This document shows, one piece after another, positions 1 through 11,900 of a DNA stretch of 64,000 nt (position 1 is its first letter; each line of letters opens with the position of its first letter). Origin of the DNA: Azolla caroliniana. Lineage: Eukaryota > Plantae > Polypodiophyta. The notes under the pieces were generated by a model, which was given only the letters and a program-made list of their open reading frames with translations, did no database searches and was not told the origin of the DNA. The stretch covers positions 1-64,000 of the forward strand of contig JBHGNT010000063.1 in the NCBI GenBank assembly GCA_043228905.1. Direction: 5' to 3'. The translations under genes were made by a program, and so were the position numbers.

Positions 1-3000
1 AGGAGGGAGTTGAGAGGAGCCCTTGAGTAAATTAAAATGTTCATACCTGGCTCGTGTGATATCGGATTTTTGTGTTCAAACATGCGAATCGAAGCTAACG
101 ACGCGAGCTATTATATGGAATTAAAAATTCAAGAATTTGAAACTCAGGTCGAGAGACATGACGAAAATAGCAAACTTGAGGAGGGAGTTGAGAGGAGCCC
201 TTGAGTAAATTAAAATGTTCATACCTGGCTCGTGTGATATCGGATTTTTGTGTTCAAACATGCAAATCGAAGCTAACAACCCTAGCTATGATATGGAATT
301 AAAAAATCAAGATTTTGAAACTCAGGTCGAGAGACATGACGAAATTACCAAATTTGAGGAGTGAGTTGAGAAGAGCTAGTAGGTAAATTTAAATGTTCAT
401 ACTTGGCTCGTGTGATATCGGATTTTTGTGTTCACACATGCGAATCGAAGCTAACAACGCTAGCTATGATATGGAATTAAAAAATCAAGATTTTGAAACT
501 CAAGTCGAGAGACATGACGAAATTACCAAATTTGAGGAGTGAGTTGAGAAGAGCCCTTGAGTAAATTAAAATGTTCATACCTGGCTCGTGTGATATCGGA
601 ATTTTGTGTTCAAACATGCAAATCGAAGCTAACAACGCTAGGTATGATATGGAATTAAAAAATCAAGATTTTGAAACTCAGGTCGAGAGACATGACGAAA
701 TTGCCAAATTTGAGGAGTGAGTTGAGAAGAGCTAGTAGGTAAATTTAAATGTTCATACTTGGCTCGTGTGATATCGGATTTTTGTGTTCTAACATGCAAA
801 TCGAAGCTAACAACGCTAGCTATGATATGGAATTAAAAAATCAAGATTTTGAAACTCAAGTCGAGAGACATGACGAAATTACCAAATTTGAGGAGTAAGT
901 TGAGAAGAGCCCTTGAGTAAATTAAAATGTTCATACCTGGCTCGTGTGATATCGGATTTTTGTGTTCAAACATGCATATCGAAGCTAACGACGCGAGCTA
1001 TGATATGGAATTAAAAAGTCAAGATTTTGAAACTCAGGTCTAGAGACATGACGAAATTACCAAATTTGAGGAGTGAGTTGAGAACAGCTAGTAGGTAAAT
1101 TAAAATGTTCATACCTGGCTCGTGTGATATCGGATTTTTGTGTTCAAACATGCGAATCGAAGCTAACAACGCTAGCTATGTTACGGAATTAAAAAATCAA
1201 GATTTTGAAACTCAAATCCAGAGACATGACGAAAATAGCAAACTTGAGGAGGGAGTTGAGAGGAGCCCTTGAGTAAATTAAAATGTTCATACCTGGCTTG
1301 TGTGATATCGAATTTTTGTGTTCAAACATGCAAATTGAAGCTAACAACGCTAGCTATGATATGGAATTAAAAAATCAAGATTTTGAAACTCAGGTCGAGA
1401 GACATGACGAAAATAGCAAACTTGAGGAGGGAGTTGAGAGGAGCCCTTGAGTAAATTAAAATGTTCATACCTGGCTCGTGTGATATCGGATTTTTGTGTT
1501 CAAACATGCAAATCGAAGCTAACAACCCTAGCTATGATATGGAATTAAAAAATCAAGATTTTCAAACTCAGGTCGAGAGACATGACGAAATTACCAAATT
1601 TGAGGAGTGAGTTGAGAAGAGCTAGTAGGTAAATTTAAATGTTCATACTTGGCTCGTGTGATATCGGATTTTTGTGTTCACACATGCGAATCGAAGCTAA
1701 CAACGCTAGCTATGATATGGAATTAAAAAGTCAAGATTTTGAAACTCAAGTCGAGAGACATGACGAAATTACCAAATTTGAGGAGTGAGTTGAGAAGAGC
1801 CCTTGAGTAAATTAAAATGTTCATACCTGGCTCGTGTGATATCGGAATTTTGTGTTCAAACATGCAAATCGAAGCTAACAACGCTAGGTATGATATGGAA
1901 TTAAAAAATCAAGATTTTGAAACTCAGGTCGAGAGACATGACGAAATTACCAAATTTGAGGAGTGAGTTGAGAAGAGCTAGTAGGTAAATTTAAATGTTC
2001 ATACATGGCTCGTGTGATATCGGATTTTTGTGTTCTAACATGCAAATCGAAGCTAACAACGCTAGCTATGATATGGAATTAAAAAATCAAGATTTTGAAA
2101 CTCAAGTCGAGAGACATGACGAAATTACCAAATTTGAGGAGTGAGTTGAGAACAGCCCTTGAGTAAATTAAAATGTTCATACCTGGCTCGTGTAATATCG
2201 GATTTTTGTGTTCAAACATGCGAATCGAAGCTAACGACGCGAGCTATGATTTGGAATTAAAAAATCAAGATTTTGAAACTCAGGTCGAGAGACATGACGA
2301 AATTACCAAATCTGAGGAGTCAGTTGAGAACAGCCCTTGAGTAAATTAAAATGTTCATACCTGGCTCGTGTGATATCGGATTTTTGTGTTCAAACATGCA
2401 AATCGAAGTTAACAACGCTAGCTATAATATGGAATTAAAAAATCAAGATTTTGAAACTCAAGTCCAGAGACATGACGAAAATAGCAAACTTGAGGAGGGA
2501 GTTGAGAGGAGCCCTTGAGTAAATTAAAATGTTCATACCTGGCTCGTGTGATATCGGATTTTTGTGTTCAAACATGCAAATCGAAGCTAACAACGGTAGC
2601 TATGATATGGAATTAAAAAATCAAGATTTTGAAACTCAAGTCCAGAGACATGACGAAAATAGCAAACTTGAGGAGGGAGTTGAGAGGAGCCCTTGAGTAA
2701 ATTAAAATGTTCATACCTGGCTCGTGTGATATCGAATTTTTGTGTTCAAACATGCAAATTGAAGCTAACAACGCTAGCTATGATATGGAATTAAAAAATC
2801 AAGATTTTGAAACTCAGGTCGAGAGACATGACGAAATTACCAAATTTGAGGAGTGAGTTGAGAACAGCCCTTGAGTAAATTAAAATGTTCATACCTGGCT
2901 CGTGTGATATCGGATTTTTGTGTTCAAACATGCGAATCGAAGCTAACAACGCTAGCTATGATATGGAATTAAAAAATCAAGATTTTCAAACTCTAGTCCA

Positions 3001-6000
3001 GAGACATGACGAAAATAGCAAACCTGAGGAGGGAGTTGAGAGGAGCCCTTGAGTAAATTAAAATGTTCATACCTGGCTCGTGTGATATCGGATTTTTGTG
3101 TTCAAACATGCGAATCGAAGCTAACGACGCGAGCTATTATATGGAATTAAAAATTCAAGAATTTGAAACTCAGGTCGAGAGACATGACGAAAATAGCAAA
3201 CTTGAGGAGGGAGTTGAGAGGAGCCCTTGAGTAAATTAAAATGTTCATACCTGGCTCGTGTGATATCGGATTTTTGTGTTCAAACATGCAAATCGAAGCT
3301 AACAACCCTAGCTATGATATGGAATTAAAAATCAAGATTTTGAAACTCAGGTCGAGAGACATGACGAAATTACCAAATTTGAGGAGTGAGTTGAGAAGAG
3401 CTAGTAGGTAAATTTAAATGTTCATACTTGGCTCGTGTGATATCGGATTTTTGTGTTCACACATGCGAATCGAAGCTAACAACGCTAGCTATGATATGGA
3501 ATTAAAAAATCAAGATTTTGAAACTCAAGTCGAGAGACATGACGAAATTACCAAATTTGAGGAGTGAGTTGAGAAGAGCCCTTGAGTAAATTAAAATGTT
3601 CATACCTGGCTCGTGTGATATCGGAATTTTGTGTTCAAACATGCAAATCGAAGCTAACAACGCTAGGTATGATATGGAATTAAAAAATCAAGATTTTGAA
3701 ACTCAGGTAGAGAGACATGACGAAATTGCCAAATTTGAGGAGTGAGTTGAGAAGAGCTAGTAGGTAAATTTAAATGTTCATACTTGGCTCGTGTGATATC
3801 GGATTTTTGTGTTCTAACATGCAAATCGAAGCTAACAACGCTAGCTATGATATGGAATTAAAAAATCAAGATTTTGAAACTCAAGTCGAGAGACATGACG
3901 AAATTACCAAATTTGAGGAGTGAGTTGAGAAGAGCCCTTGAGTAAATTAAAATGTTCATACCTGGCTCGTGTGATATCGGATTTTTGTGTTCAAACATGC
4001 ATATCGAAGCTAACGACGCGAGCTATGATATGGAATTAAAAAGTCAAGATTTTGAAACTCAGGTCTAGAGACATGACGAAATTACCAAATTTGAGGAGTG
4101 AGTTGAGAACAGCTAGTAGGTAAATTAAAATGTTCATACCTGGCTCGTGTGATATCGGATTTTTGTGTTCAAACATGCGAATCGAAGCTAACAACGCTAG
4201 CTATGTTATGGAATTAAAAAATCAAGATTTTGAAACTCAAGTCCAGAGACATGACGAAAATAGCAAACTTGAGGAGGGAGTTGAGAGGAGCCCTTGAGTA
4301 AATTAAAATGTTCATACCTGGCTTGTGTGATATCGAATTTTTGTGTTCAAACATGCAAATTGAAGCTAACAACGCTAGCTATGATATGGAATTAAAAAAT
4401 CAAGATTTTGAAACTCAGGTCGAGAGACATGACGAAAATAGCAAACTTGAGGAGGGAGTTGAGAGGAGCCCTTGAGTAAATTAAAATGTTCATACCTGGC
4501 TCGTGTGATATCGGATTTCTGTGTTCAAACATGCAAATCGAAGCTAACAACCCTAGCTATGATATGGAATTAAAAAATCAAGATTTTCAAACTCAGGTCG
4601 AGAGACATGACGAAATTACCAAATTTGAGGAGTGAGTTGAGAAGAGCTAGTAGGTAAATTTAAATGTTCATACTTGGCTCGTGTGATATCGGATTTTTGT
4701 GTTCACACATGCGAATCGAAGCTAACAACGCTAGCTATGATATGGAATTAAAAAATCAAGATTTTGAAACTCAAGTCGAGAGACATGACGAAATTACCAA
4801 ATTTGAGGAGTGAGTTGAGAAGAGCCCTTGAGTAAATTAAAATGTTCATACCTGGCTCGTGTGATATCGGAATTTTGTGTTCAAACATGCAAATCGAAGC
4901 TAACAACGCTAGGTATGATATGGAATTAAAAAATCAAGATTTTGAAACTCAGGTCGAGAGACATGACGAAATTACCAAATTTGAGGAGTGAGTTGAGAAG
5001 AGCTAGTAGGTAAATTTAAATGTTCATACTTGGCTCGTGTGATATCGGATTTTTGTGTTCACACATGCGAATCGAAGCTAACAACGCTAGCTATGATATG
5101 GAATTAAAAAATCAAGATTTTGAAACTCAAGTCGAGAGACATGACGAAATTACCAAATTTGAGGAGTGAGTTGAGAAGAGCCCTTGAGTAAATTAAAATG
5201 TTCATACCTGGCTCGTGTGATATCGGAATTTTGTGTTCAAACATGCAAATCGAAGCTAACAACGCTAGGTATGATATGGAATTAAAAAATCAAGATTTTG
5301 AAACTCAGGTCGAGAGACATGACGAAATTACCAAATTTGAGGAGTGAGTTGAGAAGAGCTAGTAGGTAAATTTAAATGTTCATACTTGGCTCGTGTGATA
5401 TCGGATTTTTGTGTTCTAACATGCAAATCGAAGCTAACAACGCTAGCTATGATATGGAATTAAAAAATCAAGATTTTGAAACTCAAGTCGAGAGACATGA
5501 CGAAATTACCAAATTTGAGGAGTGAGTTGAGAAGAGCCCTTGAGTAAATTAAAATGTTCATACCTGGCTCGTGTGATATCGGATTTTTGTGTTCAAACAT
5601 GCATATCGAAGCTAACGACGCGAGCTATGATATGGAATTAAAAAGTCAAGATTTTGAAACTCAGGTCTAGAGACATGATGAAATTACCAAATTTGAGGAG
5701 TGAGTTGAGAACAGCTAGTAGGTAAATTAAAATGTTCATACCTGGCTCGTGTGATATCGGATTTTTGTGTTCAAACATGCGAATCGAAGCTAACAACGCT
5801 AACTATGTTATGGAATTAAAAAATCAAGATTTTGAAACTCAAGTCCAGGGACATGACGAAAATAGCAAACTTGAGGAGGGACTTGAGAGGAGCCCTTGAG
5901 TAAATTAAAATGTTCATACCTGGCTCATGTGATATCGGATTTTTGTGTTCAAACATGCGAATCGAAGCTAAGAATGCTAGCTATGATATGGAATTAAAAA

Positions 6001-8390
6001 ATCAAGATCTGGAAACTCAGGTCGAGAGACATGACGAAATTACCACATTTGAGAAGTGCGTTGAGAAGAGCCCTTGAGTAAATTAAAATGTTCATACCTG
6101 GCTCCTGTAATATCGGATTTTTGTGTTCAAACATGCGAATCGAAGCTAACGACGCGAGCTATGATTTGGAATTAAAAAATCAAGATTTTGAAACTCAGGT
6201 CGAGAGACATGACGAAATTACCAAATCTGAGGAGTCAGTTGAGAACAGCCCTTGAGTAAATTAAAATGTTCATACCTGGCTCGTGTGATATCGGATTTTT
6301 GTGTTCAAACATGCAAATCGGAATTAACAACGCTAGCTATAATATGGAATTAAAAAATCAAGATTTTGAAACTCAAGTCCAGAGACATGACGAAAATAGC
6401 AAACTTGAGGAGGGAGTTGAGAGGAGCCCTTGAGTAAATTAAAATGTTCATACCTGGCTCGTGTGATATCGGATTTTTGTGTTCAAACATGCAAATCGAA
6501 GCTAACAACGGTAGCTATGATATGGAATTAAAAAATCAAGATTTTGAAACTCAAGTCCAGAGACATGACGAAAATAGCAAACTTGAGGAGGGAGTTGAGA
6601 GGAGCCCTTGAGTAAATTAAAATGTTCATACCTGGCTTGTGTGATATCGAATTTTTGTGTTCAAACATGCAAATTGAAGCTAACAACGCTAGCTATGATA
6701 TGGAATTAAAAAATCAAGATTTTGAAACTCAGGTCGAGAGACATGACGAAATTACCAAATTTGAGGAGTGAGTTGAGAACAGCCCTTGAGTAAATTAAAA
6801 TGTTCATACCTGGCTCGTGTGATATCGGATTTTTGTGTTCAAACATGCGAATCGAAGCTAACAACGCTAGCTGTGATATGGAATTAAAAAATCAAGATTT
6901 TCAAACTCTAGTCCAGAGACATGACGAAAATAGCAAACCTGAGGAGGGAGTTGAGAGGAGCCCTTGAGTAAATTAAAATGTTCATACCTGGCTCGTGTGA
7001 TATCGGATTTTTGTGTTCAAACATGCGAATCGAAGCTAACGACGCGAGCTATTATATGGAATTAAAAATTCAAGAATTTGAAACTCAGGTCGAGAGACAT
7101 GACGAAAATAGCAAACTTGAGGAGGGAGTTGAGAGGAGCCCTTGAGTAAATTAAAATGTTCATACCTGGCTCGTGTGATATCGGATTTTTGTGTTCAAAC
7201 ATGCAAATCGAAGCTAACAACCCTAGCTATGATATGGAATTAGAAAATCAAGATTTTGAAACTCAGGTCGAGAGACATGACGAAATTACCAAATTTGAGG
7301 AGTGAGTTGAGAAGAGCTAGTAGGTAAATTTAAATGTTCATACTTGGCTCGTGTGATATCGGATTTTTGTGTTCACACATGCGAATCGAAGCTAACAACG
7401 CTAGCTATGATATGGAATTAAAAAATCAAGATTTTGAAACTCAAGTCGAGAGACATGACGAAATTACCAAATTTGAGGAGTGAGTTGAGAAGAGCCCTTG
7501 AGTAAATTAAAATGTTCATACCTGGCTCGTGTGATATCGGAATTTTGTGTTCAAACATGCAAATCGAAGCTAACAACGCTAGGTATGATATGGAATTAAA
7601 AAATCAAGATTTTGAAACTCAGGTCGAGAGACATGACGAAATTACCAAATTTGAGGAGTGAGTTGAGAAGAGCTAGTAGGTAAATTTAAATGTTCATACA
7701 TGCCTCGTGTGATATCGGATTTTTGTGTTCTAACATGCAAATCGAAGCTAACAACGCTAGCTATGATATGGAATTAAAAAATCAAGATTTTGAAACTCAA
7801 GTCGAGAGACATGACGAAATTACCAAATTTGAGGAGTGAGTTGAGAAGAGCCCTTGAGTAAATTAAAATGTTCATACCTGGCTCGTGTGATATCGGATTT
7901 TTGTGTTCAAACATGCATATCGAAGCTAACGACGCGAGCTATGATATGGAATTAAAAAGTCAAGATTTTGAAACTCAGGTCTAGAGACATGATGAAATTA
8001 CCAAATTTGAGGGGTGAGTTGAGAACAGCTAGTAGGTAAATTAAAATGTTCATACCTGGCTCGTGTGATATCGGATTTTTGTGTTCAAACATGCGAATCG
8101 AAGCTAACAACGCTAGCTATGTTATGGAATTAAAAAATCAAGATTTTGAAACTCAAGTCCAGGGACATGACGAAAATAGCAAACTTGAGGAGGGAGTTGA
8201 GAGGAGCCCTTGAGTAAATTAAAATGTTCATACCTGGCTCATGTGATATCGGATTTTTGTGTTCAAACATGCGAATCGAAGCTAAGAATGCTAGCTATGA
8301 TATGGAATTAAAAAATCAAGATCTGGAAACTCAGGTCGAGAGACATGACGAAATTACCACATTTGAGAAGTGAGTTGAGAAGAGCCCTTG
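1..8390 (+). repeat. Higher-order repeat domain: 17-mer (1-3026), 22-mer derivative (3027-6941), partial 8-monomer third copy (6942-~8390)
   Basis: Marker GAGCTATTATATGG...AAATTCAAGAATTT at 105, 3131, 7046 (spacings 3026 = 17x178 and 3915 = 22x178-1). Marker CTCTAGTCCAG at 2991 and 6906 (3915 apart). Monomer variant order is shared between copies. Confidence 0.9.
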
Positions 8391-8919
8391 AGTAAATTAA
8401 AATGTTCATACCTGGCTCGTGTAATATCGGATTTTTGTGTTTAAACATGCAAATCGAAGCTAACAACGCGAGCTATGATATGGAATTAAAAAATCAAGAT
8501 TTTCAAACTCAGGTGGAGAGACATGACGAAATTACCAAATTTGAGGAGTGAGTTGAGAACAGCCCTTGAGTAAATTAAAATGTTCATACCTGGCTCGTGT
8601 AATATCGGATTTTTGTGTTCAAACATGCGAATCGAAGCTAACACTTCTAGCTATGATATGGAATTAAAAAATCAAGATTTTGAAACTCAGGTCGAGAGAC
8701 ATGACGAAATTACCAAATTTGAGGAGGGAGTTGAGAAGAGCTAGTAGGTAAATTTAAATGTTCATACCTAGCTCGTGTGATATCGGATTTTTGTGTTCAA
8801 ACATGCAAATCGAAGCTAACAACGCTAGCTATGATATGGAATTAAAAATTCAAGAATTTGAAACTCAGGTCGAGAGACATGACGAAAATAGCAAACTTGA
8901 GGAGGGAGTTGAGAGGAGC

Positions 8920-11900
8920 CCTTGAGTAAATTAAAATTTTCATACCTGGCTCGTGTGATATCGGATTTTTGTGTTCAAACATGCAAATCGAAGCTAACAA
9001 CGCTAGGTATGATATGGAATTAACAAATCAAGAATTTGAAACTCAGGTCGAGAGACATGACGAAAATAGCAAACATGAGGAGGGAGTTGAGAGGAGCCCT
9101 TGAGTAAATTAAAATGTTCATACCTGGCTCGTGTGATATCGGATTTTTGTGTTCAAACATGCAAATCGAAGCTAACAACGCTAGCTATGATATGGAATTA
9201 AAAAATCAAGATTTTGAAACTCAACTCGAGAGACATGACGAAATTACCAAATTTGAGGAGTGAGTTAAGAAGAGCCCTTGAGTAAATTAAAATGTTCATA
9301 CCTGGCTCGTGTGATATCGGAATTTTTGTGTTCAAACATGCAAATCGAAGCTAACAACGCGAGCTATGAGATGGAATTAAAAAATCAAGATTTTGAAACT
9401 CAGGTCGAGAGACATGACGAAATTACCAAATTTGAGGAGTGAGTTGAGAACAGCCGTTGAGTAAATTAAAATGTTCATACCTGGCTCGTGTAATATCGGA
9501 TTTTTGTGTTCAAACATGCGAATCGAAGCTAACGACGCGAGCTATGATATGGAATTAAAAAATCAAGAATTTGAAACTCAGGTCGAGAGACATGACGAAA
9601 TTACCAAATTTGAGGAGTGAGTTGAGAACAGCCCTTGAGTAAATTAAAATGTTCATACCTGGCTCGTGTGATATCGGACATTTGTCTTCAAACATGCAAA
9701 TCGAAGCTAACAACGCTAGCTATGATATGGAATTAAAAAATCAAGATTTTGAAACTCAAGTCCAGAGAGATGAAGAAAATAGCAAACTTGAGGAGGGAGT
9801 TGAGAGGAGCCCTTGAGTTAATTAAAATGTTCATACCTGGCTCGTGTGATATCGGATTTTAGTGTTCAAAGATGCAAATCGAAGCTAACAACACTAGCTA
9901 TGATATGGAATTAAAAAATCAAGATTTTGAAACTCAAGTCGAGAGACATGACGAAATTACCAAATTTGAGGAGTGAGTTGAGAACAGCCCTTGAGTAAAT
10001 TAAAATGTTCATACCTGGCTCGTGTAATATCGGATTTTTGTGTTCAAACATGCGAATCGAAGCTAACACTTCTAGCTATGATATGGAATCAAAAAATCAA
10101 GATTCTTAAACTCAGGTCGAGAGACATGACGAAATTACCAAATTTGAGGAGTGAGTTGAGAAGAGCTAGTAGGTAAATTTAAATGTTCATACCTAGCTCG
10201 TGTGATATCGGATTTTTGTGTTCAAACATGCAAATCGAAGCTAACAACGCTAGCTATGATATGGAATTAAAAAATCAAGATTTTGAAACTCAGGTCGAGA
10301 GACATGACGAAATTACCAAATTTGAGGAGTGAGTTGAGAAGAGCCCTTGAGTAAATTAAAATGTTCATACCTGGCTCGTGTGATATCGGAATTTTGTGTT
10401 CAAACATGCAAATCGAAGCTAACAACGCTAGGTATGATATGGAATTAAAAAATCAAGATTTTGAAACTCAAGTCGAGAGACATGACGAAATTACCAAATT
10501 TGAGGAGTGAGTTGAGAAGAGCCCTTGAGTAAATTAAAATGTTCATACCTGGCTCGTGTGATATCGGAATTTTGTGTTCAAACTTGCAAATCGAAGCTAA
10601 CAACGCTAGCTATGATATGGAATTAAAAAATCAAGATTTTGAAACTCAGGTCGAGAGACATGACGAAATTATCAAATTTGAGGAGTGAGTTGAGAACAGC
10701 CCTTGAGTAAATTAAAATGTTCATACCTGGCTCGTGTAATATTGGATTTTTGTGTTCAAACATGCGAATCGAAGCTAACACTTCTAGCTATGATATGGAA
10801 TCAAAAAATCAAGATTTTAAAACTCAGGTCGAGAGACATGACGAAATTACCAAATTTGAGGAGTGAGTTGAGAAGATCTAGTAGGTAAATTTAAATGTTC
10901 ATACCTAGCTCGTGTGATATCGGATATTTGTGTTCAAACATGCAAATCGAAGCTAACAACGCTAGGTATGATATGGAATTAAAAAATCAAGAATTTGAAA
11001 CTCAGGTCGAGAGACATGACGAAATTACCAAATTTGAGGAGTGAGTTGAGAAGAGCTAGTAGGTAAATTTAAATGTTCATACTTGGCTCGTGTGATATCG
11101 GATTTTTGTGTTCACACATGCGAATCGAAGCTAACAACCCTAGCTATGATATGGAATTAAAAAATCAAGATTTTGAAACTCAAGTCGAGAGACATGACGA
11201 AATTACCAAATTTGAGGAGTGAGTTGAGAAGAGCCCTTGAGTAAATTAAAATGTTCATACCTGGCTCGTGTGATATCGGATTTTTGTGTTCAAACATGCA
11301 TATCGAAGCTAACGACGCGAGCTATGATATAGAATTAAAAAATCAAGATTTTGAAACTCAGGTCGAGAGACATGAAGAAATTACCAAATTTGAGAAGTGA
11401 GTTGAGACCAGCCCTTGAGTAAATTAAAATATTCATACCTGGCTCGTGTGATATCGGATTTTTGTGTTCAAACATGCAAATCGAAGCTAACGACGCGAGC
11501 TATGATATAGAATTAAAAAATCAAGATTTTGAAACTCAGGTCGAGAGACATGAAAAAATTACCAAATTTGAGGAGTGAGTTGAGAACAGCCCTTGAGTAA
11601 ATTAAAATATTCATACCTGGCTCGTGTGATATCGGATTTTTGTGTTCAAACATGCAAATCGAAGCTAACAACGCTAGCTATGATATGGACTTAAAAAATC
11701 AAGATTTTGAAACTCAAGTCGGCGACATGACGAAATTACCAAATTTGAGGAGTGAGTTGAGAAGAGCCCTTGAGTAAATTAAAATGTTCATACCTGGCTC
11801 GTGTGATATCGGAATTTTGTGTTCAAACTTGCAAATCGAAGCTAACAACGCTAGCTATGATATGGAATTAAAAAATCAAGATTTTGAAACTCAGGTCGAG

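Noticed and set aside
1-25. Shine-Dalgarno-like AGGAGG and a possible G-quadruplex
   Set aside because: It is part of the satellite's purine tract with no credible gene downstream. Only three short G-runs are present, too few for an intramolecular G4.
51-66. CENP-B-box-like motif CTCGTGTGATATCGGA
   Set aside because: The canonical box is TTCG-N4-A-N2-CGGG. Here it is CTCG-N4-A-N3-CGGA, with wrong spacing and two core mismatches.
1-178. Identity with Arabidopsis CEN178, primate alpha satellite, or 5S rRNA/tRNA/snRNA tandem units
   Set aside because: Only the length is similar. I see none of the motifs I recall for those repeats and no Pol III box or structured-RNA signature. A database search is needed for certainty.
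3321-3335. 1-bp deletion in the A6 tract as a biological marker
   Set aside because: It is a singleton homopolymer contraction and could be a sequencing or consensus error, unlike the duplicated indels at 9321/18908 and 11721/21130.
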